A DNA stretch of 63,880 nt, the filler included, from Vannella sp. (taxonomy: Eukaryota), in assembly GCA_023345925.1 (NCBI GenBank). It is 7 parts of 7 records of this genome, joined end to end, with 100 filler letters (N's around TTAATTAATTAA, not from the genome) between each part and the next. Parts side by side here need not be neighbours in the genome. Positions count along the whole stretch, not along the records: positions 14,572 to 26,435 come from JAJQQN010000364.1; positions 26,536 to 34,763 come from JAJQQN010000863.1; positions 34,864 to 48,588 come from JAJQQN010000944.1; 4 more parts are not named here. The stretch is one strand, 5' to 3'. How positions within the stretch are numbered: the stretch's first letter is position 1; each line of letters starts with the position of its first letter. The position numbers and the translations under genes are program-made. A model generated the notes under the pieces. It was not told the DNA's origin and did not search any database. It saw only the letters and a program-made list of their open reading frames with translations. Shown one piece after another: positions 24,301 through 35,346 of the stretch.

Positions 24301-24379
24301 TAGGATGTCCTCCCCCTCCTGAACTCTCCTCCAGCACCGCGTACGAAGGCGCGGAGAGGAGGCTCTCATCCTGCCCCAT
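21348..24379 (-). CDS. Large leucine-rich-repeat protein (~992 aa); intron 24048-24100
   Basis: C-terminal half is LxxLxLxxN/C repeats. The intron joins ORF 23906-24379 to ORF 21348-24032 in frame. Confidence 0.85.
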
Positions 24380-24441
24380 CCGTGTGCCGTCAGGAGGTCA
24401 AGGAATGAGCCAAGGGCTTTATAAATAGCAAGAGAAGTCGT

Positions 24442-25113
24442 CTAGAAGACCAGCAGTAGCACTGGAAGCAGCAGAAGAGTCGTCTGGAGAGCACCAGCGC
24501 CAGCTTTAGCACCAAAGTCGTTCCCTTCTTGTGGGCTAATGATGGTCGTCATGGAGGCACTGCACAGGGGGATAACAGGCCCAAGAGAGACCTTGGTGTA
24601 GGAGCTATCTAAGCGGAAGCCGCTGCCAAACAGAGAAGGAATACCCCGGTTTGTGATGATGGGGTCCACTGAAGTGTACGAGAAGCCTGGCATGTTCTTC
24701 CCTCCTGCCCAGCTGGACACTCCAATGGGAGAAAACGGGTCTTTGAGGGGATTGAAGCCGTTAGGCTCCCGGTAGAGGTCAGGATCGAGGGCGCCGATGC
24801 GGCGGAAGGGAATGAACGTCTCTCCAGACGAGAACCGGTCCCGGAAGGAATTGGAAGAAGGAGAAGGACGCACGTATGTCTGTGGAGGTAACGGAGAGAG
24901 CTTCGAACAAGTCCACAAGTTGAAAACCGGCAAAACATCCGCCGTGCTCACGTACTTGTCATACGGGAACGGGTCCAAGATCGAGGACGGCAAGAATGAG
25001 AAGCTGAACCCATTGACACTCACCAAACACACCAAAAGCAACACTAACCCATCGCATCAGCACCCAACCCACACTCCAACACCACCACCCTTACCAGCGC
25101 CCTCACGTCTCAT
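24442..25113 (-). CDS. Secreted, probably GPI-anchored surface protein of unknown family; intron 25044-25094
   Basis: Spliced N-terminus MRREGAVLLLVCLVSVNG (signal peptide); C-terminal small-residue plus hydrophobic tail. Confidence 0.7.
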
Positions 25114-25165
25114 CTGTTCACTTAAAAATGAAGAAGAAAGAGGTTTCGAGCCATTCTTTCGGAGG

Positions 25166-25978
25166 ATGGGCGCAGCGACATCGACGGCGCGACCTTCGCC
25201 AGAGGATATCCGTGTTGGGGATGTCTTTGTGGCTAAGGAGGAGGACGGACTCTTCTATCGCTTTGAGGGTACAGACGAGGAGTTCGTGGAGGCGTTCGCA
25301 AAGGACCGTGAGCGCAACGATCAAGGAGGCGCGACGTTGTTGCGCCCAGGCATGACACTCTTCAATCATTCGATCTTTAAGCGTAAGCCTTCGTTGGCTG
25401 TCCTTCACATGTACAATGCGTGAGTGGGGCTGGGCTGGGAGGGAGCGGCTGCTTCTGGAAGTCGCACTTCTGACTCTCTTTGAAGAGATAACCAACTGCA
25501 GCGCCTCTGCTTGGACACAAACGGCAAACGGGTTGAACAAGACCTTGCTGGGCTACCTGAAAGCACTCCTTTGGGTACGCGCGCACCAGAGACGCTCTTC
25601 TGTTCTGACTCGGTGTCCAGCGGAGAACTACAACAACGAGAAGGGCGAGAACTGTGCTGCTCCCTTGTTCGAGCTCTTCATTAACCCGGACAAGAGGCAG
25701 ATCAGAGAGCTGGAGCGCTGCATCGGCAAAACCTACTGCGCCAACCAGTACAACGTGAGCCAGAAGACTCCCCTTTGTCGCTCTGACTGAAAGCATGTGA
25801 ATAGGAGTTATCTCGTCTGGCTAAAGAGAGCGTCTCCACCGAGCAGTATGCGAAGCAGTTGGAAGCGTTTAGCTCCTGTGCCATGAGCCGTCCTGAATTC
25901 GCTTATGTCCAGCGTGCCGTGGACAAGTGCTACGCTGAAGAAGAACACTTTAACGAGAGTTTCGAGATCTCCAAATAA
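25166..25978 (+). CDS. Hypothetical 4-exon protein with MGxxxS myristoylation-like start
   Basis: Three GT-AG introns with CTGAC branch points give a continuous frame ending ...ESFEISK*. Confidence 0.6.
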
Positions 25979-26154
25979 ACTTCCCGTGATGCCAGATCCC
26001 AATCCAACGCTCCATTCTTCTCTTTCAGGGACCCTTTCGCCTTCCTCTCTTGAAGGGAGCCCTAATTCTCCAGTAAGACTCGACATAGCAAGGATTTCTA
26101 TTGAAAGAAGCGACCGGTGACTCTTCCAGCGGATGAAGAGGAGCCTAATTCGAT

Positions 26155-26435
26155 TTAGGCTCGAATGCGGCGAGGATTCCTTCTCGGACGTTCATTGTCT
26201 TCCCTTGCTGGTGTCTGCGCGTAGGTTGTTTGCAGTGCTAGTTGCTGGGGGATGATTTCCTGCCATGCTTGGGCGTTAATCGTGGTTCTAGGAACGGTGT
26301 CCCGGACTTCCTTGATGAGAGCTGCATGCGACACCTTCAGTTTTTCAACCAAGGTTCTACGAAAGGTGTCCACTTCTTTGACGAGAGCTGCGTTCGACAC
26401 CGTCAGTTCTTCAACGCTTCTGGTTAGAGCGGCGT
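26155..26435 (-). CDS. 3' fragment of a protein with ~22-aa helical repeats, truncated by contig edge
   Basis: VSNAALVKEV / VSHAALIKEV duplication; frame open to the gap. Confidence 0.45.
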
Positions 26436-26535
26436 NNNNNNNNNNNNNNNNNNNNNNNNNNNNNNNNNNNNNNNNNNNNTTAATTAATTAANNNNNNNNN
26501 NNNNNNNNNNNNNNNNNNNNNNNNNNNNNNNNNNN
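26436..26535. other. Artificial contig linker
   Basis: N44-TTAATTAATTAA-N44. Confidence 0.99.
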
Positions 26536-26546
26536 AAGCGACTTAC

Positions 26547-27306
26547 ATATACTTCAGCTCACTTAATGTGGTCCATTCAGGAAGTACTCCAGAAAGCTGG
26601 TTGTTGTTCAGATACCTGAATCACCACCACCACCACGATCAATCAAAGCGCTTCTCTGGTGAACAAGATCTTGTTGATGGGGTACTCACACATGAGTGAG
26701 TTGAACCAGGTTGAGCCATTCAGGAACCGTTCCCGTTATGAGGTTATCATACAAGTAACTACAAAGGTTAGTTCTCCAAGAAGCAACAAGCAGAGACTCT
26801 TACATGAAAGTAAGCTGGGTCATATGGGACCAAGCAGGGAGAGTTCCTGAGATTGAGTTGTTGTACGCGAAGCTGTTTGGGAAGTGTGAGGGAGAAGGTG
26901 ATCAACGACAGCGGAGAACTAACAGTTGAGTAAGTTTCGTCAAGTGGGGCCAATCGGGAAGGGATTCGTTGATGTGGTTATCGGACAAGGACCTTCTCCA
27001 CCGTTAGAGATCCCAAAGTGCGAAGAGTTGCTTACAGGGAGGTCAGGTTGGGCAACATTAGATCAAGAAGGTAGCCAGTCAAGTTGTTCTGTTGAAGAGA
27101 AAGCGTGGTCACGGTTCCATTCAAGGGGCCGCAAGTAACACCGAACCACGAGCAAGGTTCCTCCGCCAAGCTCCACTGGTGGGGAACCAGGAGGCTCCAG
27201 ACGTCGTGTTATACAGTAGCATCAGAGACTCTTTTTCGTAGTATGGGATACACAGAACTGGAATCACAAGAGCTAACGCAACAACGAACCAAACCGCCCT
27301 GGACAT
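26547..27306 (-). CDS. 5' part of a secreted/receptor-type LRR protein with one LRR per 69-nt exon; apparent frameshift at ~27181-27184; truncated by contig edge
   Basis: Signal peptide and LRRNT-like cap (PCSWFGVTC). Exons 26992-26924, 26872-26804, 26758-26690 and 26615-26547 each encode LxLxxNxIxGxLPxWxxLxxLxx. Confidence 0.8.
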
Positions 27307-27687
27307 GCAACCGAAAAAGAATAATTGTTTAAAACAATTATTATGCGAAAATGATTAATTCCTTTTGGATTGCAATTTCGAAAGGGATATTTAAACTCCC
27401 AATTGACTCCAAATAAGGTGTCCGCCGCCCTGATATGTGTTGATTGCCTTTGTGCAGGTTGAACCCTGAGAATGTACGCAACCAAGAGGGTTCGCAGTCT
27501 GTGTGGAGTAATGTTGGTCTTCGTGGAAGTTGCTGCTGCAGGGGAGGCCTGCAAGCGGCTTGTGTTGGCTTGAAGGAAAGCTCGACTTGATGCAGATGAG
27601 GAGCGGCGCAAGGGAGCATGGAGAGGGTCAGAAGACATGCTCGATGTCAATCACTTTAAGGTGTGTTCTTTCATTCGAATTGTACAA

Positions 27688-27758
27688 GGTGAGGTGGATA
27701 CCACCACTTGGTGGCGTGAGGGTGAGGTGGATACCACCACTTATGGCGTGAGGGTGAG
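27688..27758. repeat. Intergenic 32-33-bp direct repeat (2 copies plus a partial) with internal hairpin ggtgg-ata-ccacc
   Basis: ggtgaggtggataccaccactt(gg/a)tggcgtgag occurs twice. Confidence 0.85.
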
Positions 27759-28232
27759 AGCAAATGAAGACATCATTAATGAGTACAACTACATAATCTT
27801 GCGTTTTTGAGCCTTCTCCCCTCTTGAAATGGAGGCTAAGTCTTCGATCTACTATATCCCTCCCAGAAAGAAAAGATCATCTCGAACACAAGTGCGCAAC
27901 TACCACAACAACATTATTCCTCTCTTCCATTCTGCCGAAAGTGCAGCTCCCTCCGCCAGAAGGACTGAGAAAACTTGCGTTCCGAAAAAGGTGCACGAGT
28001 TGGTCAACGTCCAACCGAGTTAAGGTTTGCACCACTTTTGTAGGAAGTTCCTGCACACTTGCTATGGAAGGCGCGACCAGGCGAACTCCACTTCTCAACA
28101 CGAGTTAAGAGGAGAGCCGCCAAACAACGAGGCTCGATTCCTTTTTGTTGTTGAAAGAGTCCGAGTTGCCTTCCTCCGGAAAGTCAATGATTTACAAATT
28201 AATAGATTGACAGATCGGGCCAGTTCTACAAC

Positions 28233-29618
28233 TTAGTAATACTGTGAAAGTTCTCTTTTCATTGCCTGCAATTTTGAGATATCCAAAGAAAGTCTCTCTT
28301 GAACTCGGTTTCTTGTTCGGTACAACAAGTAGGTTGAAGGGGTGCTCTGTAGGAGAGCTTTGACGGTAAATCCTTCTTTTGTAGTTAAACCCACAAACTC
28401 ATCCCCTTCATGTCCTCCCAGCTGGTACTGATAGGCCTCTCCGTCCTTAGTGACTCCGTGGACTCTCAGATAGCTCTGATTTGGGCCTTCAAAATGGACG
28501 ACTACTTCAGATACAGCAATTCCACGGTGATCTGGAGCATTCATATCCGAGTGGCTCAGGTCTGCCATGACAAGTTCGATGTTGTTGACAGTGAGAACCA
28601 GAGGAATGTCTCCGGTAGGTTTGTGTCCAACACAGACCCTTCTGATGCCCCCTTCTTGAAGGAAAGAGATGGTGGCACTAGAAATGGGAAGGAGTTCTCC
28701 TCTCTCTAGAAATGAAGCTACAATCGGAGATTGGGATGCCGATGCTGGCGTACTCTGCCAGGCCATGAGAGATTCCCCTCCTCTACTGGAGCGATCATGA
28801 TTCCATTGCGGGCGTTGGACAAAGTCATCCAACGCTTTGGAGGCGAATTGATTAAGATGGTTGACCCATTCTTGGACTCCTTTCACTCGATAGCCTGGAA
28901 CCCGAGCAGTGTCATTCATCGAGTCTTCATATCGAACTTCAATAGTAGGGACGAACTCCTTGTTGGTCTCCGTAACAGCCCCATGAATGAACAAAGTGTC
29001 TCCAAGTATCACTCCAATTTGGGCGGCTCGCAGGTATTCCAGAATCCAGCCCCCTTCCTCGTTAGCTTTGAGTACACTCTCTACAACTTCGTCGTCTGTG
29101 ACGGCCCTGCCACCCGCAGCAGACGATAACTCAGTTCTTCGGAACTCGAAAGTGTGAGGACAGCCCAATGTGGCGCTGTAACAGTAGCGCAGGCGATTTG
29201 CACGGGTGTTGCACGTAGATATGGGTTCATGAGGATCCTTGGACTTGCTCAAGTGGGCCAGGAACTGGGCTAGAGTGAGATCTCCCGTCCCAACCACCAA
29301 TCCGATCTCGTCTACCAGCCGCAGTAGATCCTCTTCGCTGAGCTCTGCAGTAAGCCGAAGCTTGTTGATGTCTCTGTTCCCCATCAGAAGGAAGACTCTA
29401 TCCGGGAACGCCCGCTTAAACCCCACGAAAAGGCGCGACAAGCGCTCGTCATCTGGCCCATTGTCGAAGAGATCTCCTCCAAACACGAACAGCTGACCTT
29501 CCTCGTGAAACAACAGACCCTCTCGCTCCACATCCCAGCGTAACACAGAGCTGGAGGCGACATATCGCTCGACAAAGGCCCAGGAGCCTTCCACGTCCGT
29601 CATGAAAGCCACCTGCAT
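28233..29618 (-). CDS. Calcineurin-like metallophosphoesterase
   Basis: TDVEG, GGDLFDNG, GNRD, FIHG and VGHKP metal-binding motifs. Intronless. Confidence 0.8.
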   Translation of the reverse strand: MQVAFMTDVEGSWAFVERYVASSSVLRWDVEREGLLFHEEGQLFVFGGDLFDNGPDDERLSRLFVGFKRAFPDRVFLLMGNRDINKLRLTAELSEEDLLRLVDEIGLVVGTGDLTLAQFLAHLSKSKDPHEPISTCNTRANRLRYCYSATLGCPHTFEFRRTELSSAAGGRAVTDDEVVESVLKANEEGGWILEYLRAAQIGVILGDTLFIHGAVTETNKEFVPTIEVRYEDSMNDTARVPGYRVKGVQEWVNHLNQFASKALDDFVQRPQWNHDRSSRGGESLMAWQSTPASASQSPIVASFLERGELLPISSATISFLQEGGIRRVCVGHKPTGDIPLVLTVNNIELVMADLSHSDMNAPDHRGIAVSEVVVHFEGPNQSYLRVHGVTKDGEAYQYQLGGHEGDEFVGLTTKEGFTVKALLQSTPSTYLLYRTRNRVQERLSLDISKLQAMKRELSQYY

Positions 29619-29805
29619 CCTCACTGGGCCACCAAAGAATGAGAGGAACCCATCAAGTGACACAGCTTCGCTTGTGAAGGCCAAGGAAAGCTCTATCGAG
29701 AGGTTTCTTCAAGTGACTTGCTGAAAGTCCCTCCTGATGGACACCCAGAGCAGACTGGGTGGATGGGGGAAGAGAAAAGTCAGATTTAACACGCAAGGGA
29801 CTTGC

Positions 29806-30673
29806 TTAGAAGCCCATCTCGGCCTGAAGAGCAGCAAGCTCGGCGTCTTCGTCTGTAAGGTTGTTTTGTGGGACAGCAGGGACTAGGAGAAGGTCAGAAA
29901 TGGCAGCAAGAAGGTCATGCTTACAACTGGGAAGGAAGTCTCCGGCTGGAGCGGCAACAGGGCGCTCCTTGGCACCGGCTGGAGCATTCAGCTCCTCAGC
30001 TTCCCGTAAAGCTTCCTCCTCCAGCTCTGCCAGTTGATCCTCGAGTTCAGACTAGGAGGGAAATGAGCAGTTGTCCCGTTTGGGAGCACCAGACCAACCT
30101 CGTCGTATAGTTCCCCTCCCAGGGGCTGGGAAATGGCGTCATTGATCTCTGCTGCGACCTCCATTTGCTCCCGGATCTCATCCATTGTATCATCTACTTG
30201 TTCAACTGTCCTGTGGTCTTCATGTGAGCACAAAGAAGGAGACAGGGCGGAGGGTGTGACGAACATGTGATTGTGGATAGACTTCATCGCGCGCGCTCCC
30301 ATGCGCATTGCATTCATAGCTTCTAAGGAGACATGGGCGCCTTCAATGGTCATCAACTGCTGTTCAATCGTCAAGCGAGCGCCTGAGAGCTTCTCCACCT
30401 GACTCTCATAAGTCTTTTTCCGTTTCAGAGCCATCATCGCCGCTAGGAGAGAAAGGAGGCGCCACTGTGAGCACTAGAAAGCCCTCAAAAGGTTCTCAAC
30501 TCACCTCTCTTGTTAGTAACAGCGTTCTTCTTAGCAGTGACAAGTTCGCGGTCCATCTTCTTCTGAAGGTACTCCTCCCGCTTCTCCAGAAGCTCCAAGG
30601 TTTCCTGTAGCTTACGAATACTATCCTGCGCACTGGGCGCTTGTTGTGCCTTCCCGAAGAGCTTGAGCGGCAT
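29806..30673 (-). CDS. SNF7: ESCRT-III subunit Snf7/Vps32/CHMP4 (multi-exon)
   Basis: IRKLQETLELLEKREEYLQKK, ALKRKKTYE, VDDTMDEIREQME, and EDAELAALQAEMGF* tail. Confidence 0.93.
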
Positions 30674-30798
30674 CCTCCTCGGGCGGTCTAAAGAATGAGC
30701 ATTTCCCCTCCTCCCCTTTAGCCTCTGCCATTAAATTCCCTTGGTGGAGTGATTTAAATCATCATTTTGAGTGCCACTGTGACAGTGCACCCCTTTCC

Positions 30799-31681
30799 AG
30801 TGAGTTTGGGTTGGGACTGAGTGGGGAGTGGGACTGAGTGGAGAGGGGCGCCAGTGTCTTCTCATCGCAACCATTATGAATGCCCGCATGACTCTTGCAT
30901 GTGGTTTGATAGGACAGGGGCCACGGTTGTGTTTGATACGAATGCCAGGTCGACGTACTATCGGCACTTGAGGATGAGGAAGATTCACCCTTGTTGCTCG
31001 CCAGGGACTGGTACCTTCTGTAAAGGAGGTTCAGGCGTGCGCTCGTGGGTGGATGGACCGGAGCGTCCTGAGTTAGGCACTGACAAAATGATTGAGTGCA
31101 TGCACACTGGCTGCCCTGAGACCTTCAACTACTGGCAAACTCGTTCCCAACACTACCGAACGTCTCATAAGAGCCTTTGCCCTTCACCAGACTGCCCAGC
31201 ATGCAGTGCAAGACGAAAACGGACTCGCCGCTTTCATTCTCTGGCTAAGGAGGAGGACGAAACTGATGGCAGCGAGGAGGACTCTCCTCCGCCTCCCAAG
31301 AAGAGAAGGGAGGCTCCTGAACAAGACCAGGTAGCCAAGGAAGGAGGTTCCCGGACTCGGTCTCAATCCCTTCCTCTTGTTGCTGAAGGCAAGCGTTCCT
31401 CGAAGAAGAGGGCAGCGGCTCCGAGTCCGGTGGAGAAGGACTTATTCAAAGCTCACAAGATGAAGCCACCGAGCGCGCAGTCTCTGGTGGACTTTGAGAG
31501 TAAGTTGGAAGAGCTGTTCCAGATGGTGATGGACAATCAGGACCTCTCTCGAGCATTGAATCACATTCTCATGTTTGATGAACCAACTGCCTTCTCCTTA
31601 TTGGCCTCTCCCATCGACGATGCGTTGGAAACGGTCGAAAATTACCTTGAGACTGAGCTTGCCTCCGACCCGGAGCAGTGA
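30799..31681 (+). CDS. Putative nuclear Zn-finger protein (two C2H2-like units plus NLS); ATG probably split by intron 30800-30854
   Basis: CPHDSC...HLRMRKIH and CMHTGC...HYRTSH units, CPSPDCPAC, PPKKRR. Confidence 0.65.
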
Positions 31682-32199
31682 ATCCGAATCTTCTTCTTCA
31701 CACTCTGAACCTTATCACTTTGATAACCTTTTCGCCTCCTCAAAGCCTCTCTCTTTGCCTGAACTTGGAGACTTTCGATGATAAACCTCAGTTCCACTCT
31801 TTCCAGTTTCTTGCACAGAGGCTCCCGCCCAAAGGGCACTGTAACCTTCCACGTAAACACCCAACACATCGAGAACAAGTGAACACTGCAAGATCTGCAG
31901 CCAGAAAAGAGGAAACTGCCAACCTTCCCGCCAGGGCGGAGATTTCCCGCGCAGGCCAAATGTACACTCCTCCGATGTCCTCATGACACGAATAGACGAA
32001 TAGACGACAAACGGACGACCAATAGATCAACCCAAAATGTCCCAAATGGCCGTCTATCCGCCTAATGAAAGTCCCCCCAATCGTCCCAGCCCCTTGTGAA
32101 GGCCACAAATACGAAGGGAGTTCTTAGATTCGAAAGGAGAGGGGGAGAGGGAAAAAGGCTTCCAGGAAACCAGTTTGTGGGGTCCCAAGCCGGGGAGGG

Positions 32200-33505
32200 A
32201 TGGGCTTGACTGGCACCCTGCTGGCTGTGGGTTCTTTGGTTGGAGCTGGGGGAGTGGGTGTGTTTTCAACGTTTTACAAGGTCTGTAAGCCGTCGCAGAT
32301 CCTGGTTCGTACGGGCCTTGGCATCAAGCAGATGGCGATCTCTCAGTCTGGGTTTGTGTGGCCCTTCCAGCAGCGTAAGGGTTCCGAGGAGGGTACAAAA
32401 GAGTGGTCTAATATGATAAGTAGACATCTTCCTCTCGAAGGAGCCTATCACGTACGAGTTTAAGCTTCACGCGATGACACAAGAGAAGATTGAGTTTCGC
32501 CTTCCCATGGTCTTCTCCTTCGCTCCTATCCTTCCTGAAGATGACTTGGAGGCAACTATTCGATACGCTCGATACTTCAGTGACAGTACGGATGACGCCA
32601 CTCTTCGACGGACGATTCTGGGCATTGTTGAGGGAGAGACGCGCGCTCTCACTGCAGAGATGACGGTGGAGGACGTCTTCCACAAGAGAGACATGTTTAA
32701 GAGCCTCATCGAAGATAGAGTGGGCCTGGAGATCAAAGAGCTTGGCCTGAGGATCATTAACGCCAATATCAAGGAGCTTATGGACTCGGACGAGAACAAC
32801 AAGTACTTTACTTATCGCAAGCAGAGAGCCATTGAGACCGCCAACTACGAGGCTCAGGTTGCCGTGTCAGAAGCTCAGAAGGTCGGGAAGATTGGGATTA
32901 TGGAGAGGCAGACAGCCACCCGAATCGCCTTGTCCCGCTTGGATTCTCAAGTTCAGACGGAAGAGAACAAGCGAAGTGAAGAGATATCCATCTCTGAAGG
33001 TGACTTGCAGGAAGCTATTGCTGCAGCTCGTCAGAGGAAGGAGGTAGCTGACATTGAGTCCAACATGGCTGTTCGTTCCATTGAATCAGACTTGCAGCAG
33101 CAAGTGGAGATTATTAGACAACGGCAGACTCTGGAGCAGCTTCGTGCTGACCGTCTTGGCCAAACCAAGGTGGAAGCGGAGCAGCAGATAGTGTGGGCGG
33201 AGGGACAATCCCAATCAAAGCGAGTTCTTGCTGACGCTATCCTCCACAAAGAAGTGGCAGAGTCATCTGGAATGTTTGCTAACTTGTCTTCTCATGGAAA
33301 AGGACTCTCTCAGATTATGGATGCTGCCGGTCAGGATGCCTCTGTTGTCAAATTCTACTTGGCTCTAGATTCTGGCGTGTTAGAGAAGCTCGCAGTGGAG
33401 CAGGCCAATGCTTTGCAGGGTATGAAGCCAAATATCTCTATCTGGAACACTGGTGGAAGCGTGAAGGTCGAAGGAGCACAGAATATGCCTACACTCGTGA
33501 AGTAA
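32200..33505 (+). CDS. Flotillin-like SPFH/band-7 protein; intron 32375-32423
   Basis: LHAMTQEKIEFRLP, GIVEGETR, LRIINANIKELMD and KPNISIWNTG match plant/fungal-type flotillins. Confidence 0.9.
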
Positions 33506-33525
33506 AGCTATCGTTTGATATTGGT

Positions 33526-34586
33526 TTAGTCCTTGCTGGTTTGTTCAGGCTTGTCATTGTAAGACACATGGGTTAGATACAATCCGTGAGCAGGGGCGAC
33601 AATCGGGATGATACTGGGATCGCAATTGTCCAGAGCTCTCTTCACATCAGACACTCGAATAGTTCCTAGACCCACAGAAACAGCTGCTGCCACCATTTTA
33701 CGCACTTGTCTGTACAAGAATCCATCGGACTCAGCAACAAAGTCATAATATCGAACAGTTTCTCCCATAGAAGGACACGCCAGAGTAGCCCAGGAAGACA
33801 GAGAACGTTCCACTTTGAATACAAAAAGGTCCTTCACCTTTTTGGGGTTCTGGGCACGTCAGAAACTGGTCTGACGGTATATCCTTGAGGACTCACAGTA
33901 TCTGTGGAGGTTGAGAAGCCTCGAAAGTCGTGAACTCCCTCCAGGATCTTGCAGGTTTCCTTCATCAGATCTTCATTAAGGTCAGAGAAAAGATGCCAAA
34001 TGATGTCTTCCTCATGCGCTTTCAGGCCTGAGTTGCTACAGCATGCTATTCTTCATGATTTGTGAGGAATAGGATGCTCTAAGCGTCAATACGAACCTGT
34101 AAACGTATGTTTTGGACTGGTTGGCTCGGCAATACCAATCGTCGGCCACTTTTTCTGCAGAATTGACCCAGATCCTCTCTCCACGATCATACAGATGATA
34201 GTTGATGGCTTTGCAGAGTGCTTCTGCTGACAAGTTCATCTGGAAGTCGAGGTGAGGGTCTCCCGTGAAGATTGGCCGATTCTCACTTGGTGAAAGTCCA
34301 CTTGGACTACTGCTCCCAAAGCGTGGACTCCTTTGTCTGTTCGCGACGTCCCAATAAGGCGCCCAGAACCAATGCTTTGGTCCTTATGAAACATCCTCGT
34401 GACGCGCTGAGCGAACAGAGATCAGGAATTGGTACCCTTCAGGAGAAGGAGCCTTCCTACCTCCAGCCTGGTGTGGATGCTTCGGTCATTGTCTCCTCCC
34501 CCATCCTTCTGCCATCCACAATAAGATGTTCCTCTCCATCCAATCACGAGCTTGAATCGACTCCAACCAGGGCCAACCACTCTCAT
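33526..34586 (-). CDS. TruA-family tRNA pseudouridine synthase (multi-exon; alternative start 34643)
   Basis: GTSYCGWQ, SRTDKGVHA (catalytic Asp), GVHDFRGF, GFLYRQVRKMV, APAHGLYL. Confidence 0.9.
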
Positions 34587-34763
34587 CAGCCTTCCACTAA
34601 ATGTTGACTCAAAGCGATTTTGTGGACAATTTTGTCTTGTCATTTCTCTCCGGTGATTAGTGATGCTTATTATTGCAATCCTAATTTCGGATTCCGGAGA
34701 CCCGGAATCCTTCGTTTTCAGTTCTAAATCTGGGTTTAGCGGGAGTTTCCGCCAAAATTCTGA

Positions 34764-34863
34764 NNNNNNNNNNNNNNNNNNNNNNNNNNNNNNNNNNNNN
34801 NNNNNNNTTAATTAATTAANNNNNNNNNNNNNNNNNNNNNNNNNNNNNNNNNNNNNNNNNNNN
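34764..34863. other. Artificial contig linker
   Basis: N44-TTAATTAATTAA-N44. Confidence 0.99.
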
Positions 34864-35260
34864 TGGGGAGGAGCAAAAAGCCCCAAATAGGAGAAGAACA
34901 CGTGAAGAAGGCCAGGGCGCAGAGGAGACTGGACACGCAGAGCCCAATCATAGCTGCGAGAGCATAGTCCAGGCGTTTGTAGCCAAAGAAGAGTATTGGG
35001 TAGAGGACGTTGAAGATGCTTTGAAGAAGGAAGAACAGAAAGGGTTGAGATGGCGCGTAGAGGGAACCGGAAGACCAGACGCCCACATACGCTATGAGGA
35101 GCGTAGCGTAACAGGTTCCCCAACCCACACGGAAGCTCCATCGAGGAGGCGTCACTTTACTCTGTAACAAAGACATGAACCACGTCCGATTCTCCTTTGC
35201 AAGATACCCACTAACGGCAGCTGTCCCTGCCGTGGCCACCAGGCCAACCGCGAGCTCCAT
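34864..35260 (-). CDS. TSPO: TspO/MBR-family membrane protein, 3' truncated
   Basis: W..L....TPPRW.F..GW...Y, Q..FN.LYP.LFFG, LLLP pattern. Confidence 0.85.
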
Positions 35261-35346
35261 CAGATAACGATAATGATTATTCTCATGTTTATATAAATAT
35301 ATTATAATATATGGAAGGCGTTGGTATTTAATCAGTCCCGGCGGGG

